A stretch of 64,000 nt of DNA from Candidatus Limnocylindrales bacterium (lineage in GTDB: Bacteria; Chloroflexota; Limnocylindria; Limnocylindrales; CSP1-4), in NCBI GenBank assembly GCA_035717785.1, contig DASTIG010000226.1:4037-68036 (forward strand). The letters are read 5' to 3'. The notes below the pieces were generated by a model. It did no database searches. It was not told where the DNA came from and saw only the letters and a program-made list of their open reading frames with translations. Each line of letters starts with the position of its first letter. The first letter of the stretch is position 1. Made by a program: the position numbers and the translations under genes. Shown in pieces: positions 17,885 to 28,042 of the stretch.

Positions 17885-19564
17885 TCAGTCGGCGCGGAGG
17901 ACGACAGCCTCGAGTGGCCGTAGAGACAGTGAGCCGTCGTCGGCCGGTGCCGTTGGGTCGGCATGGGACCCACCGATCGCCCGATAGCTCCCGTCCCCGT
18001 CCGGGAGATGAGTGGCGCGCAGCTCATCGGCGAAGTTGGCGACGATCAGCAAGCGCTCGCCTGGGGCCTCCCTGTGCCACGCCAGGACGTCCGGTGACTC
18101 GGTCTGGGCCAGGCGGAGCGTGCCCGACCGGAGCGCCGCGCTCGAACGCCTGAGGGCGATCAGGCGCCGGTAGGTCGACAGCACCGAATCCGGATCGCTC
18201 GTCTCGGTGGCGACATTGCGATCGGCGGCATCGTCACCGAAGCGGAGCCATGGCGGGCCGGTCGTGAAGCCGTGACCCGCCTCGGCCGTCCACGGCATCG
18301 GCGATCGGCACTGATCGCGGTTCCACCACTCGAAGTCGGGGTCGACGAGCGCCCGCCGGGCGGGTGGGTCGATGATCTCGCCGACCGGGATGGCGACATC
18401 GCCCAGCCCGATCTCCTCACCGTAGTACATGAACGGCGTGCCACGGATCGTCAGGAGGACGACGGCGGCTGCACGAGCGACCGCGTCGGTATCGGCGATC
18501 CCGGCCGAGTCGGCGAGGCGCGTGGCCTGCCGCGCCTGATCGTGGTTGGACAGCACGTTGGCGAGCCAGCGCTCGTCGCCGAACATCTTCTCGCGCAGCC
18601 AGATCGCGTCGCCGTACGCCTCGGCCGACCACGGCGCCGCGAGCAGCGCCCAGTCGAACACCATGTGGCGGTCGGTCGTGAGGACGACGGCGCGCTCGGC
18701 TTCGCTGGCGAACAGCTCGCCGACCGACATCCGACCCGGCTTCTCATCGACGATGGCCCGGAAGCGGCCGATCAGGTCCGGGAAGTCGGGCTGGTCGCGG
18801 TCGTAGAGGTGCTGCTGGCGCGCCCACAGCGTGGCGCCATCGATCTCGGGGTTTGCCAGCAGTTCGGGATGTTTCAGGAACGCGTTGAACACGTCGAGTC
18901 GGAAGCCATCGACCCCGCGGTCCAGCCAGCCGCGGACCATCGCGAACTGGGCCGCCTCGACGGCCGGGTTGCGCCAGTTGAGCTCGGGCTGCTCGACCAG
19001 GAAGGTGTGCATGTAGAACTGCTGACGTGGTTCGTCCCATTGCCACGCCGACCCGCCGAACCAAGACAACCAATTGTTGGGCGAGAGCGGCCGGCCATCC
19101 GCGTCCTCACCGGCCGCGTCGTGCCACAGGTACCAATCGGCATACGGGCCGTCGCGCGACGCCCGGCTGGCCTGGAACCACGCGTGCTGGTCGCTGGTGT
19201 GGTTCATGACCAGGTCGAGGATCACCCGGATGCCACGCCGGTGAGCTTCGTCGACGAGTTGGTCGAAAACGGCGTCGCCCCCGAAGATCGGGTCCACCGT
19301 CGTGTGGTCGCTGACGTCGTAGCCGACGTCGAGACCCGGTGACGGGTAGATCGGCGAGAGCCACAGGGCATCGACACCGAGGTCCGTCAGGTAATCCAGC
19401 TTGGCGATGATGCCGGGCAGGTCACCCAGCCCGTTGCCGTCGCTATCCGCGAAGCTGCGCGGATAGATCTGGTAGATGATCCCGTTCCGCCACCAGTCGT
19501 CCCCGAAGGCAGCACCGGTGACCGGGGCCGGGCCGCGGTCGCGTGAGCCGGACTCGTGCGTCAT
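17885..19564 (-). CDS. GH13 alpha-glucosidase / oligo-1,6-glucosidase family
   Basis: The N-terminus reads WWRNGIIYQIYPRSFADSDGNGLGDLPGI..LDYL..LGVDALWLSPIYPSP. Catalytic regions GFRLDV and EL/NHD are present. Confidence 0.9.
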   Translation of the reverse strand: MTHESGSRDRGPAPVTGAAFGDDWWRNGIIYQIYPRSFADSDGNGLGDLPGIIAKLDYLTDLGVDALWLSPIYPSPGLDVGYDVSDHTTVDPIFGGDAVFDQLVDEAHRRGIRVILDLVMNHTSDQHAWFQASRASRDGPYADWYLWHDAAGEDADGRPLSPNNWLSWFGGSAWQWDEPRQQFYMHTFLVEQPELNWRNPAVEAAQFAMVRGWLDRGVDGFRLDVFNAFLKHPELLANPEIDGATLWARQQHLYDRDQPDFPDLIGRFRAIVDEKPGRMSVGELFASEAERAVVLTTDRHMVFDWALLAAPWSAEAYGDAIWLREKMFGDERWLANVLSNHDQARQATRLADSAGIADTDAVARAAAVVLLTIRGTPFMYYGEEIGLGDVAIPVGEIIDPPARRALVDPDFEWWNRDQCRSPMPWTAEAGHGFTTGPPWLRFGDDAADRNVATETSDPDSVLSTYRRLIALRRSSAALRSGTLRLAQTESPDVLAWHREAPGERLLIVANFADELRATHLPDGDGSYRAIGGSHADPTAPADDGSLSLRPLEAVVLRAD

Positions 19565-19608
19565 GGCGGAAAGCCTACGGCACGGGCCTCTCGATATACT
19601 CGGCGCTC

Positions 19609-20769
19609 ATGACGTCCCAGCCCGAGGCCGGCTCGCCCTCCCGCCGCGTCCGCCTCGGGATCGCCGGGCTCGGGGCCGTGGCGCAGGCCGTCCATCTCCC
19701 GCTCGTCGAGCGACTGCGTGACACGTTCGAGATCGGGGCGATCGCCGACCTCTCGCCGACACTCACGGCGGCAATCGGCGACCGGTACCAGGTCGCAGCC
19801 GACCGGCGATTCGGCTCGGTCGACGAGATCGTGAGGGCGCCAGACCTGGACGGGCTGCTCATCCTGACCTCTGGTTCCCACGCTGCCGCGGTGACGGCCG
19901 GGCTCCAGGCGGGCCTCGCGGTTTTCGCCGAGAAGCCGCTCGCGTTCACGCTCGCGGAGGCCGACGACATCGCTGGACGGCTCGCGGCCGATCCGGCGCG
20001 CCGTCTGCAGGTCGGCTACATGAAGCTGTACGACCCGGCGGTGGTACACGCGCGACGGGTTGCCGACGAGCGCGGCTTCGGCGCGCCCCGTGCGATCGAG
20101 GTCACCGTCCTGCATCCGACATCCGAGGCGCAACTTGCACACGCACGGCTGCTCCCCTCCCCGGCCGACGTGCCCGAGGCGACCCGCGCAGCCTTCGCCG
20201 CAGCCACCGACCGCCTCCGACGCGACGCCCTGGGCGACGCCGGCGCCGCAGCCTTCGGACGGCTCTATACCGACATCCTCCTGGGCAGCATCGTCCACGA
20301 GCTCGCGCTGATACGGGCGTTCGCCGGCGACCCGACCGCGATCGACGGCACGTGGACATGGCCGGACGGCGCCTGGCCGCCCTCGGTCGAGCTGACGGGG
20401 TCCCTGCCATCGGACGGCCGCGTGTCGGTCCGCTGGCACTTTCTCCCCGACTACCCGGCCTACCGGGAGGAGGTCCGCGTGGTGTACGAGGCGGCCACCG
20501 TCGAGCTCGCCTTCCCGTCGCCGTACCTGCTCCATCGGCCGACCGTGCTTCGCATCACGACGGAGGACCGCGGCCGGCGGGACGAAGTCTGGACGTCGAT
20601 CGACGAGGCGTTCGAGCAGGAGCTGCTCGCCTTCCACGACCTGGTGATCGATGGCCGGGAGCCGGCTGCGGGCGTGGCCGCGGGGCGAGCCGACATCGTC
20701 ACGTGCCAGCGGGCCATCGCCGCGATGAGCACGCGGCTGGGCATCGCGATCGGGGGCGAAGCCGCGTGA
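19609..20769 (+). CDS. Gfo/Idh/MocA family oxidoreductase
   Basis: The ATG at 19609 gives ...RVRLGIAGLGAVAQAVHLPLV, a Rossmann N-terminus typical of the family. Its TGA stop overlaps the GTG of the GH38 gene. Confidence 0.8.
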   Translation: MTSQPEAGSPSRRVRLGIAGLGAVAQAVHLPLVERLRDTFEIGAIADLSPTLTAAIGDRYQVAADRRFGSVDEIVRAPDLDGLLILTSGSHAAAVTAGLQAGLAVFAEKPLAFTLAEADDIAGRLAADPARRLQVGYMKLYDPAVVHARRVADERGFGAPRAIEVTVLHPTSEAQLAHARLLPSPADVPEATRAAFAAATDRLRRDALGDAGAAAFGRLYTDILLGSIVHELALIRAFAGDPTAIDGTWTWPDGAWPPSVELTGSLPSDGRVSVRWHFLPDYPAYREEVRVVYEAATVELAFPSPYLLHRPTVLRITTEDRGRRDEVWTSIDEAFEQELLAFHDLVIDGREPAAGVAAGRADIVTCQRAIAAMSTRLGIAIGGEAA

Positions 20770-23519
20770 CGTCCGAACGGGCCGTCGTCCACCTCGTGCC
20801 ACATACGCACTGGGATCGCGAGTGGTACGAGCCCTTTCAGGTGTTCCGGATGCGGCTGGTCGACCTCATCGACCAGCTGCTCGAACGGATGTCTGCCGAC
20901 CCGCGTCTCCGGTTCACACTCGACGGTCAGGCCGCGACCGTGGACGACTATCTCGAGGTGCGGCCCGAGGCCGAACCCGTCATCCGCCAGCTCATCGCCG
21001 AGGGGCGGCTGGCCATCGGACCGTGGCAGATCCTGCTCGACGAGTTCCTCGTGTCGGGCGAGACGATCGTGCGCAACCTCGAGCTCGGGTGGGCGCGTGC
21101 GGAGGGGCTCGGCGGGGCGATGCGGGTCGGCTACCTGCCGGACATGTTCGGGCACGTCGCCCAGATGCCGCAGATCCTGCGCCGGGCCGGTATCGACCGG
21201 GCGGCCGTCTGGCGCGGCGTCCCCGCAGCCATCGACCGGCACTCCTTCATATGGCGTTCGCCTGATGGATCGGCCGTCGAGACCGAGTACCTCGTCGGCG
21301 GCTACGGCAACGGCGCCCACCTGTTCGACGTGCCGGACCGCCTCGGCCCGAAGCTCGGCGAGTATCGGCGTCTCCATGCCCCGTCCTATGGCGACCGATC
21401 CCTGCTCGCGATGTACGGGACCGATCATGCTGTGCCGTCGGCCCAACTCGCGGACCTCGTCGATCTCGTGAACGCGGCGGACGGCGACGTCGAGGTGCGG
21501 CTGGCAACGCTGGGCGATTACATGGAACGCGACCGCGAACGGCATCCCGGCCCGGGCGGTGACCTCCCGACCTGGGTGGGCGAGCTACGGTCCGGTGCCC
21601 GCGCCAACATGCTGATGAACGTCGTCTCCGCCCGCGTCGACCTCAAGGCCGCGGCCGCGCGCGCCGAGCGCGCCCTCGAGCGCTACGCCGAGCCGCTGAG
21701 CGCGCTGCACGGCGGGACCTGGCCGGGGCGCCTGCTCGAGCTAGCCTGGCGGCGCCTCATCGACAACTCCGCCCATGACTCGATCTGCGGCTGCTCGCAC
21801 GACGCGGTCGTTGCCCAGGTGATCGGTCGGTACGCAGAGGCGGAGCAGATCGCGTCCGGGCTGGTCGGGTCGGTCACGCGCCGGCTCGCCACGTCGGTGC
21901 CCGAAGACACATGGGTGGTCGTCAACCCCTCCCCGGTCGATCGGCACGACATCGTCGAGCTCGACCTCGCGGTGCCCGCGGGCTGGTCCTCGGTTGCGCT
22001 GCGCGTCGGCGATCGCATCCTGCCGACCCAGGAGCTGTCGCGGGAGGGTGCCGTCCACGGCGTGTTCCGGGTCCCGGGATCGGGGGTGGGCGAGTTCATG
22101 CGCCGTCGCCGGCACGGCCGCGAGCTGCTCGGGCGGTTCATCAACAACACCGAGGTGGACCCGTCCGCGGATCCGCCGAGGATCGTGGTGCATCTCGACC
22201 GGGTTCCCGAGCCCCTCGAGCTTGACGTCGAGGAGCTCGTGGCTGAGCTAACGACCGCGGCAGCCGAGCGACCCGAGGAGATCTGGGACGTGACGCTGGA
22301 GGTGGCGAAGCGGCGTCGCGTGCTCGCGCGGCTGTCCGCACCCGCGCTCGGGTATGCCCCGGCCCGCCACCTCGAGGGCGGCGACCCGCACGAGTCGATC
22401 CCAAACCCGGTCGAGGTCACGGACCGCCGCATGGCGAACGGGCTGGTCGAGATCGTGGTCGCGGACGATGGCACCGTCCGAGTGGCGGGCGGCGGAACCG
22501 TCCTCGAAGGCGTCGGGCGGGTGGTGGATGGCGGCGACGCCGGGGATAGCTACAACTACGGTCCCCCGCAGGACGACCGGCTGGTCGAGCAGCCGGAGTC
22601 CGTGGATATCCGCCCCGACGCGTACGGTCCGCTGCGCGGCGAGATCGTCGTCCTCCGGCGCTACGCCTGGCCGCGCGACCTGACCGCGGACGCGTCCGGG
22701 CGGTCGGACCGGACGGTCGCGACCGAGGTCACGACCATCTTCGAGCTGCGCGCCGATGAGCCCTTCGTGCGCGTGCGGATCGAGTTCGAGAACGGCTCGC
22801 GCGATCACCGCGTCCGGTGGCACATCCCCCTGCCGACGCGGGTCAAGGGATCGGCGGCCGAAGGCCAGTTCGCGGTCGTGGAACGAGGCCTGGAGCCGGA
22901 GGGCGGGCACGGCGAGGTTCCCCTGCCCACGTTCCCGGCCGTCGGGTTCGTCAGCGTCGACGGATGCAGTGTGCTGCTCGACCAGGTCACCGAATACGAG
23001 GTCGTCGACGGTCGCGAGCTGGCCCTGACGGTCCTGCGTTCGTTCGGCTTGATCAGTCGCAACGCCAATCCGTCTCGCGAGGATCCGGCAGGACCCGAGG
23101 TCGCGGTGCCGGCCGCCCAGCTTCCTGGGCACCGCACGTTCGCCTTCGCGGTGCTCCCACACGCGGGCGCGTGGACGACCGCCGGCACGCATGCCGCGGC
23201 GGAGCAGTACCGCCACCCGTTCGCCGTCATTCGCGGGACAGCGTCGGGAGGCGAGGATCCGGCCCCCGTGCCTGGCCTCAGCGTCGAAGGCGACGGTGTG
23301 GTGCTGAGCTCGCTGCGACGACGGGAGGACCACCTGGAGCTGCGCATCGTGAATGAGTCCGCCGCTGCCACGGCGGCGACCATCAGGATCCCGCTGGCCG
23401 CTGCGCGGGAGGCGGACCTGCTCGGCCGTCCGGGCGCGGACCTGCCGCTGACCGCCGACGGCCTCGCTTTGACCCTGGGCCCGTGGGAGATCCGGACCGT
23501 CCAGCTCCTCAGGCGCTGA
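20766..23519 (+). CDS. GH38 alpha-mannosidase family protein (mannosylglycerate-hydrolase-like)
   Basis: The GTG at 20766 gives VTSERAVVHLVPHTHWDREWYEPFQ, the GH38 metal-site motif. DMFGH is also present. Length is 917 aa. The track ORF from 20352 adds an overlapping R/G-rich artefact. Confidence 0.85.
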   Translation: MTSERAVVHLVPHTHWDREWYEPFQVFRMRLVDLIDQLLERMSADPRLRFTLDGQAATVDDYLEVRPEAEPVIRQLIAEGRLAIGPWQILLDEFLVSGETIVRNLELGWARAEGLGGAMRVGYLPDMFGHVAQMPQILRRAGIDRAAVWRGVPAAIDRHSFIWRSPDGSAVETEYLVGGYGNGAHLFDVPDRLGPKLGEYRRLHAPSYGDRSLLAMYGTDHAVPSAQLADLVDLVNAADGDVEVRLATLGDYMERDRERHPGPGGDLPTWVGELRSGARANMLMNVVSARVDLKAAAARAERALERYAEPLSALHGGTWPGRLLELAWRRLIDNSAHDSICGCSHDAVVAQVIGRYAEAEQIASGLVGSVTRRLATSVPEDTWVVVNPSPVDRHDIVELDLAVPAGWSSVALRVGDRILPTQELSREGAVHGVFRVPGSGVGEFMRRRRHGRELLGRFINNTEVDPSADPPRIVVHLDRVPEPLELDVEELVAELTTAAAERPEEIWDVTLEVAKRRRVLARLSAPALGYAPARHLEGGDPHESIPNPVEVTDRRMANGLVEIVVADDGTVRVAGGGTVLEGVGRVVDGGDAGDSYNYGPPQDDRLVEQPESVDIRPDAYGPLRGEIVVLRRYAWPRDLTADASGRSDRTVATEVTTIFELRADEPFVRVRIEFENGSRDHRVRWHIPLPTRVKGSAAEGQFAVVERGLEPEGGHGEVPLPTFPAVGFVSVDGCSVLLDQVTEYEVVDGRELALTVLRSFGLISRNANPSREDPAGPEVAVPAAQLPGHRTFAFAVLPHAGAWTTAGTHAAAEQYRHPFAVIRGTASGGEDPAPVPGLSVEGDGVVLSSLRRREDHLELRIVNESAAATAATIRIPLAAAREADLLGRPGADLPLTADGLALTLGPWEIRTVQLLRR

Positions 23520-23602
23520 GTGCGGATGGGGAAGCCCAGGGCGGGGGCCACCCTGAGCCGGGCAGTACCCGGGCAATGCCCGAGTGCAAGGCGCCCGCAA
23601 CG

Positions 23603-23632
23603 TTGACAGAATGTTCGGGCGGACTCTAGGCT
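23603..23632 (+). promoter_or_regulatory. Candidate sigma-70-type promoter for the sugar ABC operon
   Basis: TTGACA (23603-23608), an 18-nt spacer, then TAGGCT (23627-23632, TAnnnT pattern). It lies about 220 nt upstream of the binding-protein ATG. Confidence 0.3.
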
Positions 23633-23854
23633 CGTGCGCACCTTCCGACCGGCCTGCACCGTTTGGGTGGGCGGCGGAAGAACCGGTCGCGACACAGTCA
23701 GGGTCGACGTCAGCGGATGCGTAACGAGACGTCGGTCGGCCTGGTCGACACCGGCGGAGGAGTCGCGACTGATCGTGCTCGCACGACCGATCGCGGGGTT
23801 GGTTTGAACGCCCGCACGTCGGCGGGCATACGGTTTCGCTCTGAGGAGGAGTCG

Positions 23855-25198
23855 ATGACCAGATCCCTACGTTTCCCGGCGCTGTTGCTTGTGGCTGCGC
23901 TCTCCGCGGCCGCGTGCGGCGGCGGCGGCGGTTCGCCGGCTGCCCCCGCGTCGGACGGCGCACCTGCGTCGGGCGCGACTGGCGGGCCGGTCACCAGTGG
24001 CTCGGCAGGCACACTCAATGTGCTGTCGCTGTGGGGCGGCAGCGAGGAAGCGGCCTTCAAGGCCGTCCTCGCTGACTTCACCACGAAGACCGGTTGGGGC
24101 GTCAACTACGAGGCCGACCGGCAGACGTATTCCACGACGCTGCAGTCGCGAATCACCGGTGGCAACCCGCCGGACATCGCGATCATCCCGGGCATCGGCT
24201 TCCTGCGGCGCTTCGCCAAGGACGGCTCGCTCAAGAAGGTCGCCGATCTCGGCGTCGACGTCGCCGGGCTGAGCAGCAGCTACCCGGCTGGCTTCCTGGC
24301 CGCGGGCACCGTTGACAACGAGCTGTATGCGGTCCCGGCCAAGTACAACAACAAGGGCACGATGTGGTATCGGCCCGATGTCTTCAAGACGGCCGGCGTC
24401 ACGGCGAATCCCGCCACGTGGGATGAGTTCAAGACGACGCTCGACACCCTGGTCGGCAAGCCCGGTGCGATGGCGCTGGGTGCCAAGGACGACTGGAACC
24501 TGACCGACTGGTTCGAGAACATCTATATCCGTCAGGCCGGCGTCGCCGCCTATGACAAGCTGTTCAGCGCCGAGGGCGACTGGGCCGATCCATCGGTCCA
24601 GAAGGACGTCGACACGATGCTCGAGGTCATCAACGACAAGTACGTCGTCGGTGGCATCGATGCTGCTGTCGGACGTGCCTGGACGGACGCGATCGCGCAG
24701 GTCTTCAAGCCTGAGCCCGAGGCGGGCGTCTTCTACGAAGGCGGTTTCGTCGGTGGCATCGCTACCACTCAGACCAACACGGACCTCGTCATCGGAGAGA
24801 CCATCGACTGGTTCCCCTTCCCGACCCTGGGCAACACGGATGACGTCACGACCTTCGGTGGCGACGTCGTCGGTGCCCTCACCGACAGCGAGGGAGCCAA
24901 GCAGTTCATGCAGTACGTCGTCACCCCCGAGGCCAACGCGGTCTGGGCGGGCACGGGCGCCATCGTGTCGCCGCATACGGGTGTCGAGACGAGTGCGTAC
25001 CCGAACGAGCTCGTCGTGCGTGAGGCTGAATCACTCCAGAAGGCGGCCGAGATCCGGTACGACGGTGCCGATCTCCTGCCCGCCGGGATCGCCGGCGAGA
25101 GCCTCGGCGCGTTGCTGCAACGTGCCATCGTGCCAGGCACCACCATCGATTGGGCGGATTTCCAGACGCGCGTCAAGGCCGCCTGGGACGCCGAGTGA
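23855..25198 (+). CDS. Carbohydrate ABC transporter substrate-binding lipoprotein
   Basis: GAGGAGGA lies upstream of the ATG at 23855. The signal peptide plus lipobox reads LLLVAALSAAACGG. The fold is a family-1 solute-binding protein. Confidence 0.85.
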   Translation: MTRSLRFPALLLVAALSAAACGGGGGSPAAPASDGAPASGATGGPVTSGSAGTLNVLSLWGGSEEAAFKAVLADFTTKTGWGVNYEADRQTYSTTLQSRITGGNPPDIAIIPGIGFLRRFAKDGSLKKVADLGVDVAGLSSSYPAGFLAAGTVDNELYAVPAKYNNKGTMWYRPDVFKTAGVTANPATWDEFKTTLDTLVGKPGAMALGAKDDWNLTDWFENIYIRQAGVAAYDKLFSAEGDWADPSVQKDVDTMLEVINDKYVVGGIDAAVGRAWTDAIAQVFKPEPEAGVFYEGGFVGGIATTQTNTDLVIGETIDWFPFPTLGNTDDVTTFGGDVVGALTDSEGAKQFMQYVVTPEANAVWAGTGAIVSPHTGVETSAYPNELVVREAESLQKAAEIRYDGADLLPAGIAGESLGALLQRAIVPGTTIDWADFQTRVKAAWDAE

Positions 25199-25282
25199 TC
25201 GTGAGGTTGACCTAGTTCGGTAGTCCGACGCGGGCGGCCCTCACGGCCGCCCGCGTCGCTGTTCTCGAAAGCGAGGGAGTTC

Positions 25283-26254
25283 ATGGCCGTAGTCGCGCCA
25301 GGTGGTGTGGATCCTGGGGGGCTGCCGACGGCGATGAAGGCACCGCCGCCACCCAAGGTGGCCGGACGTCGATACGACGGCACGGCCCTGCTCTTTCTCG
25401 GACCAACCGCCATCCTGATGGCGATCTTCCTGATCTATCCGACGATCTACACGATCGCGCTGAGCTTCAACCGCGGACGCCGCGGCGAGTTCAACGAATG
25501 GGTGGGCCTGGACCACTACATCGGCCTCCTGAACGACAAGAGCTTCATCAACCTGAGCACGTTCCCGCCGTCGGGGGCGGTCTGGAACAACGTGCTCTGG
25601 GCGATCTTCTACACGAGCGGGGTGATCTTCCTGGGCCTCATCGTGGCGGTCCTCGCCTCGCGGGTCCGATACGAGTCGATCATCAAGGCCGTGGTCTTCC
25701 TGCCGATGGCGATCGCCGCGACGGCGCTCGCGATCATCTGGAACTTCGTCTACGCCCCGGACCCGAATATCGGCCTGCTCAACGCGATCCTCGACCCCTT
25801 CACCGAGCGCGGGATCTCGTGGCTGGGCAACCCGTCACTCGTCAACGCGGCGCTCATCATTGCGGGCATCTGGGGGTCGGTCGGCTTCGCCACCGTGATC
25901 CTGTCGGCGGCGCTCAAGAGCATCCCGAGCGAGGTCCTCGAGGCGGCGCGGACCGACGGCGCGAACGAGCGGCAGATCTTCTTCCGCGTCATCCTGCCGA
26001 TGGTCAGCCTGCCGATCTCGGTCCTCGCGGTGACGCTGCTGGTCAACGTCATCAAGTTGTTCGACCTGATCTACGTGCTCACCAATGGCGGCCCCGGAAC
26101 GGCGAGCCGCGTGATCGCGTTCACGATGTACCAGGAGGCGCTCCCGGGCGGTCAGTTCGGCCGTGGCGCCGCTATCGCGGTGATCATGCTGATCCTGCTC
26201 ATCCCGATCATGGCGTACAACGTCCGGCGCTTCCGTAGCTCGAGGGTCGTGTAG
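25283..26254 (+). CDS. Carbohydrate ABC transporter permease (MalF-type)
   Basis: It is a six-TM protein with EAA-loop motif EAARTDGANERQIFFRVILP. Confidence 0.85.
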   Translation: MAVVAPGGVDPGGLPTAMKAPPPPKVAGRRYDGTALLFLGPTAILMAIFLIYPTIYTIALSFNRGRRGEFNEWVGLDHYIGLLNDKSFINLSTFPPSGAVWNNVLWAIFYTSGVIFLGLIVAVLASRVRYESIIKAVVFLPMAIAATALAIIWNFVYAPDPNIGLLNAILDPFTERGISWLGNPSLVNAALIIAGIWGSVGFATVILSAALKSIPSEVLEAARTDGANERQIFFRVILPMVSLPISVLAVTLLVNVIKLFDLIYVLTNGGPGTASRVIAFTMYQEALPGGQFGRGAAIAVIMLILLIPIMAYNVRRFRSSRVV

Positions 26255-27142
26255 ATGACTGCTGTCGCCGAGCCCCGAGCCGCCGCGCGCGAGCGCACCG
26301 TCACGGAGCGCCTCGTCCGCTTCCTCAACAAGACCCCCGTCCATATCGCCCTGGGCCTGATCGCCCTGCTGTGGTTGGCACCGACCGTCGGTCTGCTCGT
26401 CACGTCGTTCCGGCCGCGCAGCGACATCCAGGTGACGGGCTGGTGGGAGAGCTTCCTGCAGTTCCGCTTCACGCTGGCCAACTACCAGGAGGTGCTGACC
26501 TCCCAGGGGATGCTGGAAGCGTTCGTCAACACGTTCCTCATCGCGGTGCCGTCGACGTTGATCCCGTTGACGCTGGCGTCGATGGCCGCCTACGCGTTCT
26601 CGTGGCTGAACTTCCCGTTCCGCGACGGCCTGTTCCTGCTCGTCGTCGCATTGCTGATGATCCCGGTCCAGGTGGCGTTCATCCCCTTGCTCAAGCTGTT
26701 CGCCCCCACCGGGTTGCTCAACAGCTTCGGCGCGATCTGGCTCGCCCATACCGCGTTCGCCCTGCCGTTCGGGATCTTCCTGTTACGTAACTTCTTTATC
26801 AGCCTGCCGAAAGACCTGATCGAGGCGGCTCGCATCGATGGGTCGTCGACGATCGGGATCTTCCGCCAGATCGTGGTCCCGCTGTCGGTGCCGGCCATCG
26901 CCGCCTATGGGATCTTCCAGTTCCTGTGGGTCTGGAACGACCTGCTCATGGCCTTGGTGTTCGTCCAGCGTGGCGACATGTGGCCCATGACGAAGGCCAT
27001 CCAGAACCTGCTCAGCCAGTACGGCACCGAATGGCACCTGCTGGCCGCCGGGGCGTTCATCCTCATGGCCGTCCCGCTCCTCGTGTTCTTCAGCCTCCAG
27101 AGGTACTTCGTCCAGGGCCTGCTGGCGGGCTCGGTCAAGTAG
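26255..27142 (+). CDS. Carbohydrate ABC transporter permease (MalG-type)
   Basis: The ATG comes directly after the upstream TAG. EAA loop: EAARIDGSSTIGIFRQIVVP. It ends ...LLAGSVK with TAG at 27140-27142. Confidence 0.85.
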   Translation: MTAVAEPRAAARERTVTERLVRFLNKTPVHIALGLIALLWLAPTVGLLVTSFRPRSDIQVTGWWESFLQFRFTLANYQEVLTSQGMLEAFVNTFLIAVPSTLIPLTLASMAAYAFSWLNFPFRDGLFLLVVALLMIPVQVAFIPLLKLFAPTGLLNSFGAIWLAHTAFALPFGIFLLRNFFISLPKDLIEAARIDGSSTIGIFRQIVVPLSVPAIAAYGIFQFLWVWNDLLMALVFVQRGDMWPMTKAIQNLLSQYGTEWHLLAAGAFILMAVPLLVFFSLQRYFVQGLLAGSVK

Positions 27143-27322
27143 GGCGGCGCGGCGATCGGCGATCCGCCGGCGCTTCGCGTCGCGACGTGGAACATCCGGG
27201 CCGCCATCGGCCCGGGTGAGCCCTTCCCGCCCGCCTGGTGGCGGCATGTCAGCATCGAGCGGCTCGAGTGCATCGCCCGGATCATCAATACGCTCGATGC
27301 GGGCGTCGTCGGCCTCCAGGAG

Positions 27323-28042
27323 GTGGCCTTCTTCGACGTCGACGGCGAGGTCGTCGACCAACCGACCGAGCTCGGCCGGCTGACCGGTCGCGCCGTCCAC
27401 TATGCAGCGGTGCACGCCTTCGCGCTCGTCGAGCCGGAGACCGGCCGAGCCGTCGGCAGCGCGACGTGGGGCAACGCGATCCTGACGCGCGAACCCGTCC
27501 GTGCCGGTTTCGCGCACGACCTCCCGCTCGGCGCCGATGACGCGCTGGTCGAGCCAGCCGGCAGCGACCTGCCGCTGGCCGGGGTCACCTTCGCCGACGC
27601 GCCCGACGGCGTGCGCGAGCCGCGCTGCGTCGTCGGTGCACGGATCGACTACGACGGTCACGCGATCGACGTCCTGGCGACGCACCTCACGTACGCCGGC
27701 ACCGCCCAGCGACGAGGCCAGTCCGACGAGCTGGCACGCCTTGCGCGTGATACGCGGGCCGCGGTCGTCGTGCTGGGCGACCTCAATGCCCCGATCGACG
27801 CCCCGGAGCTCCAGTCATTGACGGCGTCGCTCGACGACGCGTTCGCGGCTGCCGGCATCCCGCCGGGCGATCCGCGCCGCCGCTCGTGCGGCCCGTGGCC
27901 GATCGACCACGTCCTGACTCGCGACCTGGACGTCGAGGACTGTCATGTGGACCAACGAGCCGGCGATGCCTCCGACCACCTGCCGGTTCTGGCGACCCTC
28001 CGTCACCGGTCCTGCAGTCGATCCTCCAGACGCGCTACCTGA
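27323..28042 (+). CDS. Endonuclease/exonuclease/phosphatase (EEP) family protein; homology runs upstream to 27143 with no canonical start
   Basis: The first ATG/GTG/TTG in frame is GTG 27323. The same frame translated from 27143 gives ...LRVATWNIRAAIG...GVVGLQEV, the EEP N-terminal catalytic motifs. The C-terminal SDHLPV motif is present. The 3' end overlaps valS by 40 nt. Confidence 0.7.
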   Translation: MAFFDVDGEVVDQPTELGRLTGRAVHYAAVHAFALVEPETGRAVGSATWGNAILTREPVRAGFAHDLPLGADDALVEPAGSDLPLAGVTFADAPDGVREPRCVVGARIDYDGHAIDVLATHLTYAGTAQRRGQSDELARLARDTRAAVVVLGDLNAPIDAPELQSLTASLDDAFAAAGIPPGDPRRRSCGPWPIDHVLTRDLDVEDCHVDQRAGDASDHLPVLATLRHRSCSRSSRRAT

